A DNA stretch of 64,000 nt from an uncultured delta proteobacterium (GCA_963848135.1 CAWKCK010000017.1:1344538-1408537), one strand, 5' to 3'. Positions 10,857-23,671 are shown, counted from the first letter of the stretch. The notes: generated from the sequence alone by a model not told the origin. Made by a program: numbers and translations.

Positions 10857-10930
10857 GAAGATAACTGGCGCTGCAGTGCTGAATTCAGCCACGGCAGTAT
10901 GTCCATCCAATCCTAATATACCGCTCAACA

Positions 10931-11584
10931 ATGGTTTCTGAAAGAACCTACAAGCAAATCGTGTTCTGCGACTTCGACGGCACCATCACAGTCGAAGAGA
11001 CCTTTGTCGGGATGCTCAAGCAATTTGCAACCGTACCGTATGAGGAAGTCGAAACCCAGCTGATCGAAGGCAAACTGACCCTTAGGGAAGCAGTGCGCCG
11101 GTTGGTCGAATCGGTGCCGTCAAAATACCATTCCCATGTGCTGCAATATATCGACGACAAGCCGATTCGCGACGGTTTTATGGAACTTCTCGATTTTCTC
11201 CACTATCACGGCGTCCCTTTTGTCGTGGTCTCAGGTGGCCTGGTGGAATCTGTATCCGCCAAGCTGATTCCCTACCGCGAGCGCATCCATGAAATATATG
11301 CTGCCGAAACGGATAACAGTGGTGAATTCTTGCGTGTATCTTCGAAATTTGAAAGCCAATCGGAGCTGGTCGCCAAAACCCGCGTGATGGATCGGTACAT
11401 TTGCGATCAATCCGTTGTCATTGGCGACGGCATTACTGACCTTAATATCGCGATGGCTGCAGATCTTGTCTTTGCCCGCGGCCAGCTCGCCGGATTCCTC
11501 GAGACAAGGGGCAAACCGCATATCATCTGGAAAGATTTTTTCGACGTTTGCAACCACCTCTCAAAACGATGGTTGGCATCATGA
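10931..11584 (+). CDS. HAD-IB family phosphatase (MtnX-like)
   Basis: FCDFDGTIT, VVSGG, IGDGITD motifs. Confidence 0.85.
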   Translation: MVSERTYKQIVFCDFDGTITVEETFVGMLKQFATVPYEEVETQLIEGKLTLREAVRRLVESVPSKYHSHVLQYIDDKPIRDGFMELLDFLHYHGVPFVVVSGGLVESVSAKLIPYRERIHEIYAAETDNSGEFLRVSSKFESQSELVAKTRVMDRYICDQSVVIGDGITDLNIAMAADLVFARGQLAGFLETRGKPHIIWKDFFDVCNHLSKRWLAS

Positions 11585-11871
11585 AGCCGGCCGGCCGGCC
11601 ACAAACGCCGCATAGGGTAATTTCCGTCTGTTAAAAAAAATGAAACTATTGGTATTGGTGTACAGGCAGATTGTGAATGGGAAAAGGAAGAAATTGGAAC
11701 GTACCGATACGATGAACGCACGTATATAGTCCCGGACCAACAGCGAGATTTCGCGTTTGCATGCGTCACGAAACGGGCGACTATCAGGTATCGCTTCAGC
11801 GCCCATTTTTGCGGGCATGGGTTGGCCGGATGAGGGCAACACCGATACGGGCATCCAGCGGAATCTTAAGG

Positions 11872-12327
11872 TCAACTGCTCAGTTTTTCGAGATCACCGA
11901 GATCATCTCCCAAACGCTGAATCCGCCCCCCCATCATCTCGACAACTGCAGATTGCGCTTCCAGCCATAGCGGCAGGGCCCGTTGAAGCACTCCCACACC
12001 TTTAGGAGTCAGTTCAAGCGTGCGTGTGCGCAGATCTTTGCCGTGCCCTGATTGAATCAACCCTTCACGCTCCAACGGCTTGAGATTGCGATTGAGGGTT
12101 GTTCGATCGAGCAACATCATGTTGGCGACATTGCTGATGGTGGCACTGGGGTTCAGGTAAATGGCGTTCAGGAGGTTAAACTGAGTGCCTTTCAGGCCCG
12201 CCGGCTTGAGGTGCTCGTCGTAATGGTTGTTCACAACGCGCGCCGCACGCCGAACACGAATGCCCATGCAGGAATCGGCCACTTTATGGCAGATACCCTT
12301 CAATCGTTCCAAATCTTGCTCAGCCAT
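11872..12327 (-). CDS. MarR family transcriptional regulator
   Basis: C...RRAARVV, GLKGTQF, LDRTTLNRNLKPLER, DLRTR...LTPKG wHTH. Confidence 0.88.
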   Translation of the reverse strand: MAEQDLERLKGICHKVADSCMGIRVRRAARVVNNHYDEHLKPAGLKGTQFNLLNAIYLNPSATISNVANMMLLDRTTLNRNLKPLEREGLIQSGHGKDLRTRTLELTPKGVGVLQRALPLWLEAQSAVVEMMGGRIQRLGDDLGDLEKLSS

Positions 12328-12608
12328 AAGTCTGTATCTACACATTAAAAACCCGACTGTCAAGCCCTAAAAATTCGCCTGGCGATTGCGGCCTGTCGAC
12401 CCTTCCTGCCATACCGTAACGCTGTATCGATGGCGGTATTTATAAATAATTCTGCTTCCCAAATCGCTGCCCCTTCGTTAGAATAAGCGCCATTTACTCC
12501 TGAAACCCATCTCTCCTTGTGTATAAGGGGCCGCCGGGTTATCGGAAAAAGGTACCGGTATCAGAAAATTTAACGCCCCGGAGTCACCGCTGACCCATAA
12601 AGCGATGA

Positions 12609-13688
12609 ATGCATCGAATGAAACCAAATAAGAAACGCAAAGCCAAACGCCGCCGTTGGTTGGCGGTTATCGTTCTTCTCGCGGTTTTCTTCGGGTTGGG
12701 CCTTGTCGTTCTGGACAACTTCCGGGAAGAGGAAAAAGCACTGCGTCAACAATTACGCGAGACAGTGGCAGAAATATTCCCGGAACAGGCCGCATCGGTG
12801 TATGCCTCATTCGGTTTGCACCCCTATAGCCAGGAGCCGCTTCCCCAGACTATTGGAGAACACCATAACCCCGACATCGTTTTGATCCACGGCCTCGACG
12901 ACCCGGGTAAAATCTGGATGAACCTGGCACCGGCACTGCCGTCCAACGAATTTCGAGTCTGGGAAATGACCTACCCTAACGACCAACCCATAAGCACGTC
13001 GGCCCGATTCTTTACTTCCAAATTGAGGGCTCTGAATGCAAGCGGCGTCACCGCAGTCATCGTTGTCGCCCACAGCATGGGCGGGCTGGTTTCGCGGCAG
13101 ATGCTCACCGATCCAGATATTGATTATGCCGGCCTGCTGGCCGCCGGACAGGTACCAGCTGTTGTTTCCCTGGTAATGGTCGGCACGCCGAACAACGGTT
13201 CGGAATTGGCACGCCTAAGAGGGTTTACCGAACTGCGGGACCAATTGACCCGCTTGGCCGAAGGAGAGGGGCACTGGCTCGGTGGAATCCTGGACGGTGC
13301 CGGCGAGGCCAAACTCGATCTGCTGCCTGGCAGCCGCTTCCTGGAAACGCTGAATGCACGTCCTCATCCCGAAGGAACCGAAATGCTGGTCATTGCCGGA
13401 ATTGCCGCGCCCTGGAGCGAATCAGAAATTGAAACCCTGGCGCACTCCCTCCAGGGACAGGCACCCGAAAGCATGCACACGATCATCACCGATCTCCAAG
13501 CTATTATGCAATCCATGACCCGCGGCCTGGGAGACGGCCTGGTAACGGTCGATTCCGCACGTCTTGAAGGGGTTCCTTTGCTGACAGTTTCCGGCACCCA
13601 CCTGACGATAATCCGCAACTTATCCCAGTCCAGTGATCGGGTACCACCCGCAGTACCGATTATCATCGACTGGATCAGACGATATTGA
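12609..13688 (+). CDS. Alpha/beta hydrolase (lipase-like), N-terminally anchored
   Basis: LIHGLDD, AHSMGG nucleophile elbow, GTPNNGS, GDGLV. Confidence 0.85.
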   Translation: MHRMKPNKKRKAKRRRWLAVIVLLAVFFGLGLVVLDNFREEEKALRQQLRETVAEIFPEQAASVYASFGLHPYSQEPLPQTIGEHHNPDIVLIHGLDDPGKIWMNLAPALPSNEFRVWEMTYPNDQPISTSARFFTSKLRALNASGVTAVIVVAHSMGGLVSRQMLTDPDIDYAGLLAAGQVPAVVSLVMVGTPNNGSELARLRGFTELRDQLTRLAEGEGHWLGGILDGAGEAKLDLLPGSRFLETLNARPHPEGTEMLVIAGIAAPWSESEIETLAHSLQGQAPESMHTIITDLQAIMQSMTRGLGDGLVTVDSARLEGVPLLTVSGTHLTIIRNLSQSSDRVPPAVPIIIDWIRRY

Positions 13689-13952
13689 GTCTCTTCTGCC
13701 CCCACCGCCCTCTTGGAAACCTGAATCGCCCCGTTATACCGCTATCATTGACACCCCTGCGATTGTGCTTAACGTTTTTTAAACGCTAGCAGGACAGATC
13801 AACGGGCACACGTCTCCATCTTCTCTGCCGAATATAAAAAGCACGCCTACCTCCTGGTCGCGTCCCAGAAAGTAGGCTCCGCATGCAAAAATAATCGAAT
13901 GCAAGGGCCCGGAAGGCTTCATCCATAAAGCATACATTGAGAGCAACGATAA

Positions 13953-16034
13953 ATGCCGACCAATCGATTGATCGACGAAAAAAGTCCCTATTTGCTGCAG
14001 CACGCACACAACCCGGTTGACTGGCATCCCTGGTCAGAGGCGGCGTTCGAAGCGGCCCGCAGCCAAGACAAACCAATTTTTCTCTCCGTCGGATATGCCA
14101 CCTGCCACTGGTGCCATGTTATGGAAAGAGAAACCTTTGAAGACAGTGAAGCCGCACGTTACTTGAACGACGCCTTCATTTGTATCAAGGTCGACCGGGA
14201 AGAACGCCCGGACATTGATGCAGTTTACATGGCCGCCTGCCAGATGATCACAGGCAGCGGAGGATGGCCTTTGACCATTTTCATGACCGCGGATAAAAAG
14301 CCGTTTTTCGCTGCCACATACCTGCCTAAAAACACCCGGTTCGGCCGCGCCGGGGTCATCGAACTGTGCCAGCAGGTCAAAGACCTCTGGAATTCCCAGA
14401 ACGAGAAAGTAACCACCTCGGCTGAAAATATCGCCGGACATCTCAGTCGGGCGTTCACGTTTACCACTGCCGATGATCTGGATACCACTCTTCTTGACCG
14501 GGCCTACTCCGAAATTGAACAAAATTTTGATTCACGCTTCGGCGGATTCGAAACGGCACCCAAATTTCCCACCCCACACCGGCTGCTGTTCCTGCTTCGC
14601 AGTTACCACCGCTCCGGCAATCAACATGCCTTGGAAATGGTCGAGAAAACGCTGACAGAAATGCGGCTAGGCGGAATATGGGATCACGTGGGCTTCGGTT
14701 TTCACCGCTACTCGACCGATCAGCAATGGCTGCTCCCGCATTTCGAAAAAATGCTCTACGATCAGGCTCTCGTTGCACTTCCTTTTCTCGAGACGTACCA
14801 GATCACCAAGAAACCGTTCTATGCCGAAACAGCCCGAGACATTTTCACTTATGTCCTGCGTGATATGCAAGCCGATCAAGGGGGGTTCTTTTCGGCCGAA
14901 GACGCCGACAGTGAAGGCGAAGAAGGAAAATTCTACGTGTGGTCGGAAGATGAGATTCGACAAGTATTGGGGCCCGAATCTGCCGACATCTGGATCCGTG
15001 CACTGAACATCAAGAAAGGCGGTAATTTTCATGATGAAGCCAGCGGCACCAAAACCGACGCCAACATCCTTCATCTCAAACGTTATCCTGACGATGTTGC
15101 ACGGGAGATCGGCATCGATCCGGCGGATTTCCAACACCGCTGGGAAGAGGTGCGGTCAAGACTTTTCCAGGAGAGAAAAACACGTGTCCACCCGTTAAAG
15201 GACGACAAAGTACTGACCGACTGGAACGGACTGATGATAGCGGCTTTGTCCCGCGGCGGGCGGGTCCTCGGAGAACAAGCCTACATTCGTGCAGCAACTG
15301 GCGCGTCTGATTTTATCCTGGAAACCATGCGGGATGACAACGGACGGCTGCACCACAGGTATCGTGAGGGTGAGGTCGCTGTTGCCGGGCAGGCGGCGGA
15401 TTATGCCTTTTTTGTCTTCGGCCTGTTGGAACTATACCAAGCAACATTCAATCCGAACTGCCTGGAGAACGCTCTGTCACTTCAGCAACAAATGCTGACC
15501 GATTTCTGGGATGGCACAAATGGCGGATTCTACTCAACGGTTGAATCAAGCGGTGATTTACCGGTTCGCCCCAAGGAACTCTACGATGGCGCTCTTCCGT
15601 CGGCGAACTCTGTGGCGCTCTATAACCTGCTTTGCCTCGCAAGGTTCACGGGTAACACGCAATGGGACGAATACGCCCAATCCCTGGTCCGTGCTTTTTC
15701 CGGCACCGTCAGAAACCAACCCACGGCGTTCGCATTTCTCCTGATCGGTCTCGATTTTGCTTTAAATCCGGGGCAGGAAGTGGTAATCACCGGTGAACCG
15801 GAAGCACCAGATACCCTTGAAATGCTTCAGGCGTTGAACGCCAGTTTCACTCCGAATAAGATCACGCTGGTAAAAACCGACCAAAATGCGGCGCTCTTGG
15901 CCGAAATCGCAGGTTATACGGACGGCTTACAGGTGGCCCAGGGAAAAGCAACCGCTCATATTTGCCACGGCACTTCCTGCAAAGACTCCACAACTGACAT
16001 TGTGAGTATGATCCGTCAAATCACCGGAAAATAG
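13953..16034 (+). CDS. Thioredoxin domain-containing protein (YyaL/SPATA20 family)
   Basis: [53 protein letters not shown]. Confidence 0.93.
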   Translation: MPTNRLIDEKSPYLLQHAHNPVDWHPWSEAAFEAARSQDKPIFLSVGYATCHWCHVMERETFEDSEAARYLNDAFICIKVDREERPDIDAVYMAACQMITGSGGWPLTIFMTADKKPFFAATYLPKNTRFGRAGVIELCQQVKDLWNSQNEKVTTSAENIAGHLSRAFTFTTADDLDTTLLDRAYSEIEQNFDSRFGGFETAPKFPTPHRLLFLLRSYHRSGNQHALEMVEKTLTEMRLGGIWDHVGFGFHRYSTDQQWLLPHFEKMLYDQALVALPFLETYQITKKPFYAETARDIFTYVLRDMQADQGGFFSAEDADSEGEEGKFYVWSEDEIRQVLGPESADIWIRALNIKKGGNFHDEASGTKTDANILHLKRYPDDVAREIGIDPADFQHRWEEVRSRLFQERKTRVHPLKDDKVLTDWNGLMIAALSRGGRVLGEQAYIRAATGASDFILETMRDDNGRLHHRYREGEVAVAGQAADYAFFVFGLLELYQATFNPNCLENALSLQQQMLTDFWDGTNGGFYSTVESSGDLPVRPKELYDGALPSANSVALYNLLCLARFTGNTQWDEYAQSLVRAFSGTVRNQPTAFAFLLIGLDFALNPGQEVVITGEPEAPDTLEMLQALNASFTPNKITLVKTDQNAALLAEIAGYTDGLQVAQGKATAHICHGTSCKDSTTDIVSMIRQITGK

Positions 16035-16067
16035 CGAGACATCGATAGAAAGTTCGGAAGGACCGGA

Positions 16068-16322
16068 ATGAAAGACGATCTGGGTTTGTACTATTACCCG
16101 AATCCCCTAAACAAAAATTTCCGTATCTACGTCAAAGAGATGAACGGTGAGATTTGCTTTCGTATGTGGAATTCGGAAGACCTGTCTCTCTGGGAGACCC
16201 ACGGATGGGTTCCCTACGGTGCCATCCGTGAAGCGTCAAAGATCTACCAGGGGAAGACAATCGATCCCAAACAGGCCTATGATATCGAAATTGCCCAGGC
16301 GCTGTTGAAACAAGGCCGGTAA
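16068..16322 (+). CDS. Small hypothetical protein
   Basis: 84-aa ORF with GAAGGA RBS, co-oriented; GLYYYP...WETHGWVPY. Confidence 0.7.
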   Translation: MKDDLGLYYYPNPLNKNFRIYVKEMNGEICFRMWNSEDLSLWETHGWVPYGAIREASKIYQGKTIDPKQAYDIEIAQALLKQGR

Positions 16323-16360
16323 ACCGGCTGAAACCGGGCAGCCCCAGCGGAGATGGTGGC

Positions 16361-17725
16361 TTGATCCTCGTCCTGAAAAACGACCTTACGCTAGTCGATA
16401 TTCCGCCGCAGCTTCATGAGCTATTGACGCAAAAACTCAAGTTCCCAAACCCCAAATATATCGAAAATGCCCGCATGGGACGCTGGAACCGCGGCGTGAA
16501 GAAAGAGTTGCGCTTTTTCTACCGACTCCGGGGCAACAAGCTGTCGATCCCGCGCGGGTATATCCGACAATTGATCACCACCTGTCGGAAGCTTGAAATC
16601 GACTATACTATCGAAGACCAGCGCCGCAGTCTCCCTCCCGTGGCGTATACTTTCAAGGGGCACCTGCGCCCCTTTCAGCAGCAAGCTGTCATGCGTATGC
16701 TATCAAAAGAGTTCGGTACGTTGAACTCTCCCACCGGTTCCGGAAAAACGGTAATGGCCCTCCACATTATCGCCCGCAGGCAACAACCGGCGCTAATCGT
16801 CGTTCATACGAAGGATCTGGCCCGCCAGTGGGCCGAGCGCATCGAAGAATTCCTGGGAATTTCCGCTGTGGAAATCGGCCTCATCGGTGGCGGTAAAAAA
16901 ACTATCGGCGAGAAGATAACCGTCGCCTTGGTTCAATCCCTGTATAAATGCGCTGACGAAGTGGCGCGCCATATCGGCCACCTGATTGTCGATGAATGCC
17001 ATCGCACACCCAGCCGGACGTTCACCGATGCCGTAACGGAATTCGATGCGCGCTACATGCTTGGTTTATCAGCAACGCCCTGGCGGCGCGACAATCTCTC
17101 CAAGTTGATATTCTGGCATCTTGGTGATGTCCACCATCAGGTAGAAAAACGAGATTTGATCCGGACGGGCAATGTTTTACCCACCGATGTCATCTTCCGG
17201 GAAACCGAATTCAAACCCTACTACGACCCGGTACACGAATACAGTAAAATGCTCTCCGAACTGACGGTCAATGACGAAAGAAACCGGCTGATCGCCGGAG
17301 ATATCGCAAAAGAAGCAACGCAGCGGGAGGGCGTTTGTCTCGTCTTGTCCGACCGCAAAAAACACTGTGAAAGTCTCTGGGCAATTTTGAAATACGGCTA
17401 TCGCCTCAGGGCCGATATTTTTACCGGTGATTTAAATACCAGCCAACGACAGATTGTCCTGGATCGCCTCCATGCCGGTGATACCCAGGTACTCATCGCC
17501 ACAGGCCAACTTATCGGTGAGGGGTTCGACTGCCCCAACCTGAGTACTCTTTTCCTGGCGACACCGGTACGATTCAGCGGTCGCGTGATTCAGTACCTGG
17601 GGAGAATACTGCGACCCGCTCCAGGGAAAAAAAGCGCCCGGGTATTCGACTACATCGACATTCATGTCCAGCCTCTTCTGAAAGCCGCCCAGGAGCGGAA
17701 GCGCACCTACGGTTTGCAATCGTAA
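16361..17725 (+). CDS. Superfamily II DEAD/DEAH-box helicase
   Basis: PTGSGKT, VDECH, LSATP, GEGFDCP, QYLGRILR. Confidence 0.9.
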   Translation: MILVLKNDLTLVDIPPQLHELLTQKLKFPNPKYIENARMGRWNRGVKKELRFFYRLRGNKLSIPRGYIRQLITTCRKLEIDYTIEDQRRSLPPVAYTFKGHLRPFQQQAVMRMLSKEFGTLNSPTGSGKTVMALHIIARRQQPALIVVHTKDLARQWAERIEEFLGISAVEIGLIGGGKKTIGEKITVALVQSLYKCADEVARHIGHLIVDECHRTPSRTFTDAVTEFDARYMLGLSATPWRRDNLSKLIFWHLGDVHHQVEKRDLIRTGNVLPTDVIFRETEFKPYYDPVHEYSKMLSELTVNDERNRLIAGDIAKEATQREGVCLVLSDRKKHCESLWAILKYGYRLRADIFTGDLNTSQRQIVLDRLHAGDTQVLIATGQLIGEGFDCPNLSTLFLATPVRFSGRVIQYLGRILRPAPGKKSARVFDYIDIHVQPLLKAAQERKRTYGLQS

Positions 17726-18171
17726 AATCCTGGACCGCCAGCAGGGTGCCACCACGCGTCTACAAAACCTCCCGTCAGGTGGCTATTGACTCCTTTTGGT
17801 AGGTAGTAGCTATAATCCGGTTCCGTCAGTGGATCGAAACGCGGACTAGAAAAATTGACAACAACCCTTTCACTCGGCAGGATTCGTGAATATGTTAAAA
17901 AGAATTTAGAGAAACTGTTGTGCTTGACGAAACGAGGTAAGACTCGCCGCGAGATGCACCTTGCCATAAAATAAACCTCTGCGCATTTTGACTGAATATC
18001 GACTTGTCTTATCGGTTTCTCATGACCTTATTCAGTACCCTGTGAATAAATTCCTTACGACACTTGTGGCCCTAAGATGTCGTGCAATTGTAAGGAAACA
18101 GGGGCGCCGGCGTCGAAAGTCATGTTGGGCATTACATAACCGCGGTAAACGGGTAAGCGGGGAGGATTTCG

Positions 18172-19092
18172 ATGAAGATTGCAATGATCGGTTTGGGACG
18201 AATGGGAATGAACATGGCCAGACGACTGCTCGGCGGCGATCACCAGGTTATCGCCTACAACCGCAGTCCCGATAAGACTGAAAAACTGGTAACTGAAGGC
18301 GCAACCGGCGCTTTTTCTTTGGAAGAAGTCATCCGGCTTCTCGAACCTCCACGAATTGTTTGGTTGATGCTGCCGGCCGGACGCGTGGTGGATGAGCACA
18401 TCGACGCACTGTCGTCGATGCTCTCCTCGGGGGATATTCTGATCGATGGTGGCAACTCCTATTACAAGGACGATATCCGCCGCGCGGAAAAATTAGCGCA
18501 AAGAAAAATTCACTACTTGGACGCAGGTGTCAGCGGAGGGATCTGGGGACTCGAGATTGGTTACTGCACCATGATCGGCGGTGAAAGAAATTCTTACGAA
18601 GAGATAGAACCGATCCTGAAAACCCTTGCCCCCAAGGATGGCTACCTGTATTGCGGTAACACCGGGGCCGGTCATTTCGTAAAAATGGTACACAATGGCA
18701 TTGAATACGGCATGATGCAGGCTTATGGGGAGGGTTTTGAAATCCTGTCCGCCTCGAAATACGCTGAAGGGTTCGATTATGCCGACATTGCGCACCTTTG
18801 GAATCAGGGCAGCGTCATCCGGTCATGGCTGCTGGAACTGGCCGAACAGGCTTTCCGCAAAGAGGCGGACCTCTCCGATGTTAAGGGTTACGTACAGGAT
18901 TCAGGTGAAGGCCGGTGGACAGTGCTACAGGCGATAGAGACGGGCGTGCCGGCGGAAGTCATCACGCTATCGCTGATGCGGCGGTTCAGATCCCGGCAAC
19001 AGGACCCCTTTGCCGAAAGGGTTCTTGCGGCTCTGCGCCGGGAATTCGGCGGCCATGCAACGATTTCGACGACGGGAAGCGTGCCGAAATGA
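18172..19092 (+). CDS. gnd: Decarboxylating 6-phosphogluconate dehydrogenase (short form)
   Basis: GLGRMG, IDGGNS, DAGVSGG, GHFVKMVHNGIEYG, DSGEGRWT. Confidence 0.95.
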   Translation: MKIAMIGLGRMGMNMARRLLGGDHQVIAYNRSPDKTEKLVTEGATGAFSLEEVIRLLEPPRIVWLMLPAGRVVDEHIDALSSMLSSGDILIDGGNSYYKDDIRRAEKLAQRKIHYLDAGVSGGIWGLEIGYCTMIGGERNSYEEIEPILKTLAPKDGYLYCGNTGAGHFVKMVHNGIEYGMMQAYGEGFEILSASKYAEGFDYADIAHLWNQGSVIRSWLLELAEQAFRKEADLSDVKGYVQDSGEGRWTVLQAIETGVPAEVITLSLMRRFRSRQQDPFAERVLAALRREFGGHATISTTGSVPK

Positions 19093-19128
19093 CTTCTTGC
19101 CATTTATTGACTGACGGGGGACCATTTC

Positions 19129-20688
19129 ATGAATGAAAAAACTTCAACCCGCAGCGGCCGGTATCAACCGATCGTCAGGGTCAGAGCCGACGATATGGAG
19201 ATTCCGCAGGATGACTGCCGCATCCCTATTCGCAGCGAACCCTGCACCATCGTCATCCTCGGTGCCACCGGTGATCTGACGGCCCGCAAATTGATGCCGG
19301 CCCTTTTCGACCTCTATCAGAAAGACGGGTTGCCGGAAACCTTTGCGATTGTGGGCTGTGGCCGCACGGCGCTGAACGATCAGCAGTTTCGCAAAAAAAT
19401 GGAATCCGCCGTGGTCGTTGAAAATGGAGATCGCTCCGCCTGGCAACGTTTTGCCGCGGCCCTTCACTATTTCGCGCTTGTCTACGATGATCCGGAATCT
19501 TATCTGCGGCTGGCAGAACTGTTGAAGGACCTTGATAATCGTCACCATACGGACGGAAACCGGATGTTTTATCTGGCACTGCCACCGTCCCTGTACCGTA
19601 CCGTGGCTAAAATGCTGGGGCGGTCCGGACAGGGGCGCGAGCATACCGACGGCAAGGGTTGGGCGCGGCTGGTGGTCGAGAAACCCTTCGGCCACGACCT
19701 GAAATCAGCGATCGAGTTGGACCGCGATATTCAACACGATTTTAAGGAACAACAGGTATTCCGTATCGACCATTATCTCGCCAAGGAGACGGTTCAAAAC
19801 GTTCTGATGTTCCGATTCGCCAACACCATATTCGAACCGGTATGGAACCGCCGATACATAAAATCGGTCGAAGTAACCGCCACCGAAACCCTTGGAGTCG
19901 AACACAGAGCCGGATACTATGAACAGTCCGGAGTTTTGCGGGATATGTTCCAGAACCACATGATGCAGCTGTTGGCACTAACAGCCATGGAGCCACCAAG
20001 CCGGTTCGAAGCCGACCGTGTCCGAGACGAAAGGGTCAAAGTTTTCCGATCACTTAGGCCATTTCCGGTTCAGGACCTCCAGGAGTATCTGGTCCTTGGT
20101 CAGTACGATCGGGGGACGGTCGGCAAAGATCCAGTGCCCGCATACAGGGAAGAACCGGGCGTCGACCCATCGTCCCTGACACCGACTTATGCCCGCATGA
20201 AAGTGTATCTGGACAACTGGCGTTGGCAGGGCGTCCCCTTCGTATTAACCTCCGGCAAGCGGCTTGCCGAAAAGCTTACCCGGATCACTATTCAGTTTCG
20301 CGAGATACCCCATTCGATGTTTCGCCAAGTGCTGGGACAAAACGTTAATCCAAACCGTCTGACCCTGGGCATTTATCCCGAGGAAAGGATCTCACTGACC
20401 TTCCAGACCAAGACGCCGGGTCCGCGGACCTGTCTGCGAAACGTGACCATGGATTTCTTCTATCACCAAAAAGATGCCGGCCCGGTTCTCGACGCCTACG
20501 AAAAAGTCCTGCTCGATTGCATGCTCGGAGACCAGATGCTGTTCTGGCGCCAGGATGCCGTAGAGCAATGCTGGTCATTCTTGACGCCCATTTTGACCGA
20601 ATGCGAGGCTTGCGGCGATCGAAAGCAAATGCTCCATGCCTACCCGGCTGGAAGCCATGGACCGGCAGTATCCTTGAATCTGGCGTGA
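19129..20688 (+). CDS. zwf: Glucose-6-phosphate dehydrogenase
   Basis: GATGDL, EKPFG, RIDHYLAKE, RDMFQNH. Confidence 0.96.
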   Translation: MNEKTSTRSGRYQPIVRVRADDMEIPQDDCRIPIRSEPCTIVILGATGDLTARKLMPALFDLYQKDGLPETFAIVGCGRTALNDQQFRKKMESAVVVENGDRSAWQRFAAALHYFALVYDDPESYLRLAELLKDLDNRHHTDGNRMFYLALPPSLYRTVAKMLGRSGQGREHTDGKGWARLVVEKPFGHDLKSAIELDRDIQHDFKEQQVFRIDHYLAKETVQNVLMFRFANTIFEPVWNRRYIKSVEVTATETLGVEHRAGYYEQSGVLRDMFQNHMMQLLALTAMEPPSRFEADRVRDERVKVFRSLRPFPVQDLQEYLVLGQYDRGTVGKDPVPAYREEPGVDPSSLTPTYARMKVYLDNWRWQGVPFVLTSGKRLAEKLTRITIQFREIPHSMFRQVLGQNVNPNRLTLGIYPEERISLTFQTKTPGPRTCLRNVTMDFFYHQKDAGPVLDAYEKVLLDCMLGDQMLFWRQDAVEQCWSFLTPILTECEACGDRKQMLHAYPAGSHGPAVSLNLA

Positions 20689-20772
20689 AAGCAGACACGC
20701 AATGCGCTAAATCGATTATGACCGCGTTTATTCGCTCTGAAAATACTTACAAAAATCTGTTGAGGGTGACTC

Positions 20773-22791
20773 ATGCAACCAAAACTTGACCAAATGTGCA
20801 TCAACACCATCCGAATGCTTGCTGCCGACGGCATTGAAAAAGCCCGTTCAGGGCATCCTGGTATGCCGATGGGGGCGGCAGCCATGGCCTACGTACTGTG
20901 GACGCGTTTTTTGCGCCACAACCCGAGAAACCCCGCCTGGCCGGATCGCGACCGATTCGTGCTCTCTGCCGGTCACGGTTCCATGTTGCTGTACAGTTTG
21001 CTGCACTTAAGCGGTTACGACCTGTCACTCGCTGATCTCAAGAATTTCCGCCAATGGGGCAGCAAAACCCCCGGCCACCCTGAACATGGTCTCACCCCCG
21101 GCATCGAGACCACCACCGGCCCTTTGGGACAAGGTTTTGCCAATGGCGTTGGTATGGCCATTGCCGAGGCGCATTTGGCCGCCGTCTTCAACCGCCCCGG
21201 ATCTGAAATCGTCGACCACTGCACATACGGGATTGTTAGCGACGGCGACCTGATGGAAGGGATTTCCCACGAAGCGGCTTCTCTCGCCGGTCACCTCGGC
21301 CTCGGAAAATTGATCTATCTATACGATGACAACCACATATCGATCGAAGGCAGTACCGACATTGCCTTCACGGAAGATCGCCTGGCCCGTTTTGCCGCAT
21401 ATGGCTGGCATGTTCAGCAGGTACCGGACGGCAACGATCTGTCAGCAATTGAGACGAGCATTGCATCGGCACAAAAAGAACTTCGGCGACCATCGCTCAT
21501 CGCTGTGCGCACCCACATCGGTTTTGGCAGTCCGAATAAACAGAACACCGCCGGTGTTCACGGGGAACCTTTAGGGGCCGAAGAACTCAAACTGACCAAA
21601 CAAAACCTCGGCTGGCCTCAGGATCCGCTTTTTTACGTCCCGGCAGAAGCCGCGGCGCATTTTCGTCAGAGCATCGAAAAGGGCGCTCAAATCGAACAAA
21701 CTTGGCAGAAAGCTTTGGCCGAATATACGAAAATCTATCCGGAAATGGCTGACCGCTGGCGCCAGGTTGAGGAAAGTCACCTGCCGGAAGGATGGGACCG
21801 CGATATCCCCTATTTTCCGGCCGACCCCAAGGGGATGGCCACCCGTGTGGCATCCGGCAAGGTTCTCAACAGCATCACCCCCCGACTACTCAATCTGATG
21901 GGTGGGTCGGCCGACCTGGCCCCGTCGACCAAGACACTGATCGATGGTGAAACGGATTTCCAACCCGGCAACTACCAGGGCCGAAATCTGCGCTTCGGTG
22001 TCCGCGAGCATGGCATGGGTGGCATTTTGAACGGCATGGCACTCCACCAGGGCCTGTTACCATACGGGGCGACGTTTCTGATCTTCTCCGATTACATGCG
22101 ACCGTCCATTCGCCTGGCCGCCTTGATGAAATTGCAAGTGCTCTATGTCTTTACCCATGACAGTATCGGACTGGGAGAAGACGGCCCGACGCACCAACCG
22201 GTGGAACAGCTGGCCGCATTGAGAGCTATCCCGAATCTGGCGGTCATCCGGCCCTGCGATGCAAACGAGACTGCCGAGGCCTGGAGAGCGGCGATAGATT
22301 ATGTTCACGGCCCCGTCGCCCTGGTCCTGACCCGTCAGAACCTGCCGGTATTGGACCGTGCCACAGCCGCGGTGAAAGACGGACTCCGCCGCGGCGCATA
22401 CATTCTTTCTGATCCTGACACTGGTCAGCCGGATCTCATCCTCCTGGCCAGTGGTTCGGAAGTGCACATTGCGCTTGCAGCTGCGGCCAAATTGAGCGGT
22501 CAGAATGTGGCTGTAAGGGTTGTCAGTCTGCCGTGCTGGGAATTTTTCAATCGCCAACCCGCATCGTATCGCGACCGTGTTTTACCGCCCGAAATAACAG
22601 CCAGGGTGGCCATCGAAGCCGGAATTTCCCAAGGCTGGCACCGATTCGTCGGTACTCATGGTGCAGTCATCGCGATAGATCACTTCGGCGCCTCCGCGCC
22701 CTATCAAATTCTGTATGAAAATTTTGGTCTGACGACCGGTCAAGTGGTGGCAAAAGCGCTGGAGGTACTGGAAAAATCAACTCGGGGTTGA
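20773..22791 (+). CDS. tkt: Transketolase
   Basis: [42 protein letters not shown]. Confidence 0.97.
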   Translation: MQPKLDQMCINTIRMLAADGIEKARSGHPGMPMGAAAMAYVLWTRFLRHNPRNPAWPDRDRFVLSAGHGSMLLYSLLHLSGYDLSLADLKNFRQWGSKTPGHPEHGLTPGIETTTGPLGQGFANGVGMAIAEAHLAAVFNRPGSEIVDHCTYGIVSDGDLMEGISHEAASLAGHLGLGKLIYLYDDNHISIEGSTDIAFTEDRLARFAAYGWHVQQVPDGNDLSAIETSIASAQKELRRPSLIAVRTHIGFGSPNKQNTAGVHGEPLGAEELKLTKQNLGWPQDPLFYVPAEAAAHFRQSIEKGAQIEQTWQKALAEYTKIYPEMADRWRQVEESHLPEGWDRDIPYFPADPKGMATRVASGKVLNSITPRLLNLMGGSADLAPSTKTLIDGETDFQPGNYQGRNLRFGVREHGMGGILNGMALHQGLLPYGATFLIFSDYMRPSIRLAALMKLQVLYVFTHDSIGLGEDGPTHQPVEQLAALRAIPNLAVIRPCDANETAEAWRAAIDYVHGPVALVLTRQNLPVLDRATAAVKDGLRRGAYILSDPDTGQPDLILLASGSEVHIALAAAAKLSGQNVAVRVVSLPCWEFFNRQPASYRDRVLPPEITARVAIEAGISQGWHRFVGTHGAVIAIDHFGASAPYQILYENFGLTTGQVVAKALEVLEKSTRG

Positions 22792-23597
22792 AACCGGGTT
22801 CCGATTCTCGAAAAATGACAGGACTAACTGTGAACGCTAAGAAAAAACCGCGCATCATAGTGACTCAAAGCGCAGCGGATTTGGCGAGGGAGAGTGCGGA
22901 ATTTTTCCATCTCACGGCTGCGGCAAGCGTTGCCCAAACCGGCCAGTTCAGAGTGGCTCTCTCCGGAGGATCCACCCCGCGGCCGCTGCATCGTCTCTTG
23001 GCCGCGCCGCCGTATCGCGACAGTATACCCTGGACGCAGACGCATATTTTCTGGGCCGATGAGCGGCTCGTACCAACCGATGACCCTGCCAGCAATTTCG
23101 GTGTCGCCAGAATAGATTTGCTCGATCACCTTCCGATCCCAACCGACCAAATTCATCCGATGTGTTCCTCACGTCCCCCCGGCCAGGCCGCAGACGATTA
23201 CGAAAATACGCTGGCGTCATGTTTCCATTCAAATCCACCGGCATGGCCTGTTTTCGACCTCATTCTTCTTGGTATCGGCCCGGACGGACACACGGCCTCG
23301 ATTTTTCCCGGCGACCGCACCGCACTCGACACCTCCCGTTGGGTCGTTGCCGTCAACGGAGGATCACCGAATGTCGACCGCCTGACGCTGACGTTGCCGG
23401 TACTCGAACAGGCTCGACATATCGTCTTTCTGGTGTCGGGTTCCGACAAAGCCGGTATGGTCCGAATTATCCTGACCGAAGAAACAAAGGCATTGCCACC
23501 GCAGCATCTCGCATCAGCCGCTGGCCGAGTGACCTGGTATTTGGATCAAGATGCAGCCCATCTATTGCCAAGAGAGCTGGCCGGAAAAGCGCACTGA
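22788..23597 (+). CDS. pgl: 6-phosphogluconolactonase
   Basis: [23 protein letters not shown]; true start may be 22815 or 22830. Confidence 0.92.
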   Translation: MKPGSDSRKMTGLTVNAKKKPRIIVTQSAADLARESAEFFHLTAAASVAQTGQFRVALSGGSTPRPLHRLLAAPPYRDSIPWTQTHIFWADERLVPTDDPASNFGVARIDLLDHLPIPTDQIHPMCSSRPPGQAADDYENTLASCFHSNPPAWPVFDLILLGIGPDGHTASIFPGDRTALDTSRWVVAVNGGSPNVDRLTLTLPVLEQARHIVFLVSGSDKAGMVRIILTEETKALPPQHLASAAGRVTWYLDQDAAHLLPRELAGKAH

Positions 23598-23671
23598 AAC
23601 TGCCGTTTGCCGTGCAAATTAGCTCCCACGAATCAATGACCGCATGAATTTTTTTCTAAAGAGCGTAAATT

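Noticed and set aside
17786..17816. TTGACT-N19-TATAAT as a MerR-type promoter for gnd
   Set aside because: The spacer dyad is weak, no MerR gene is nearby, and it lies about 350 bp from the start codon.
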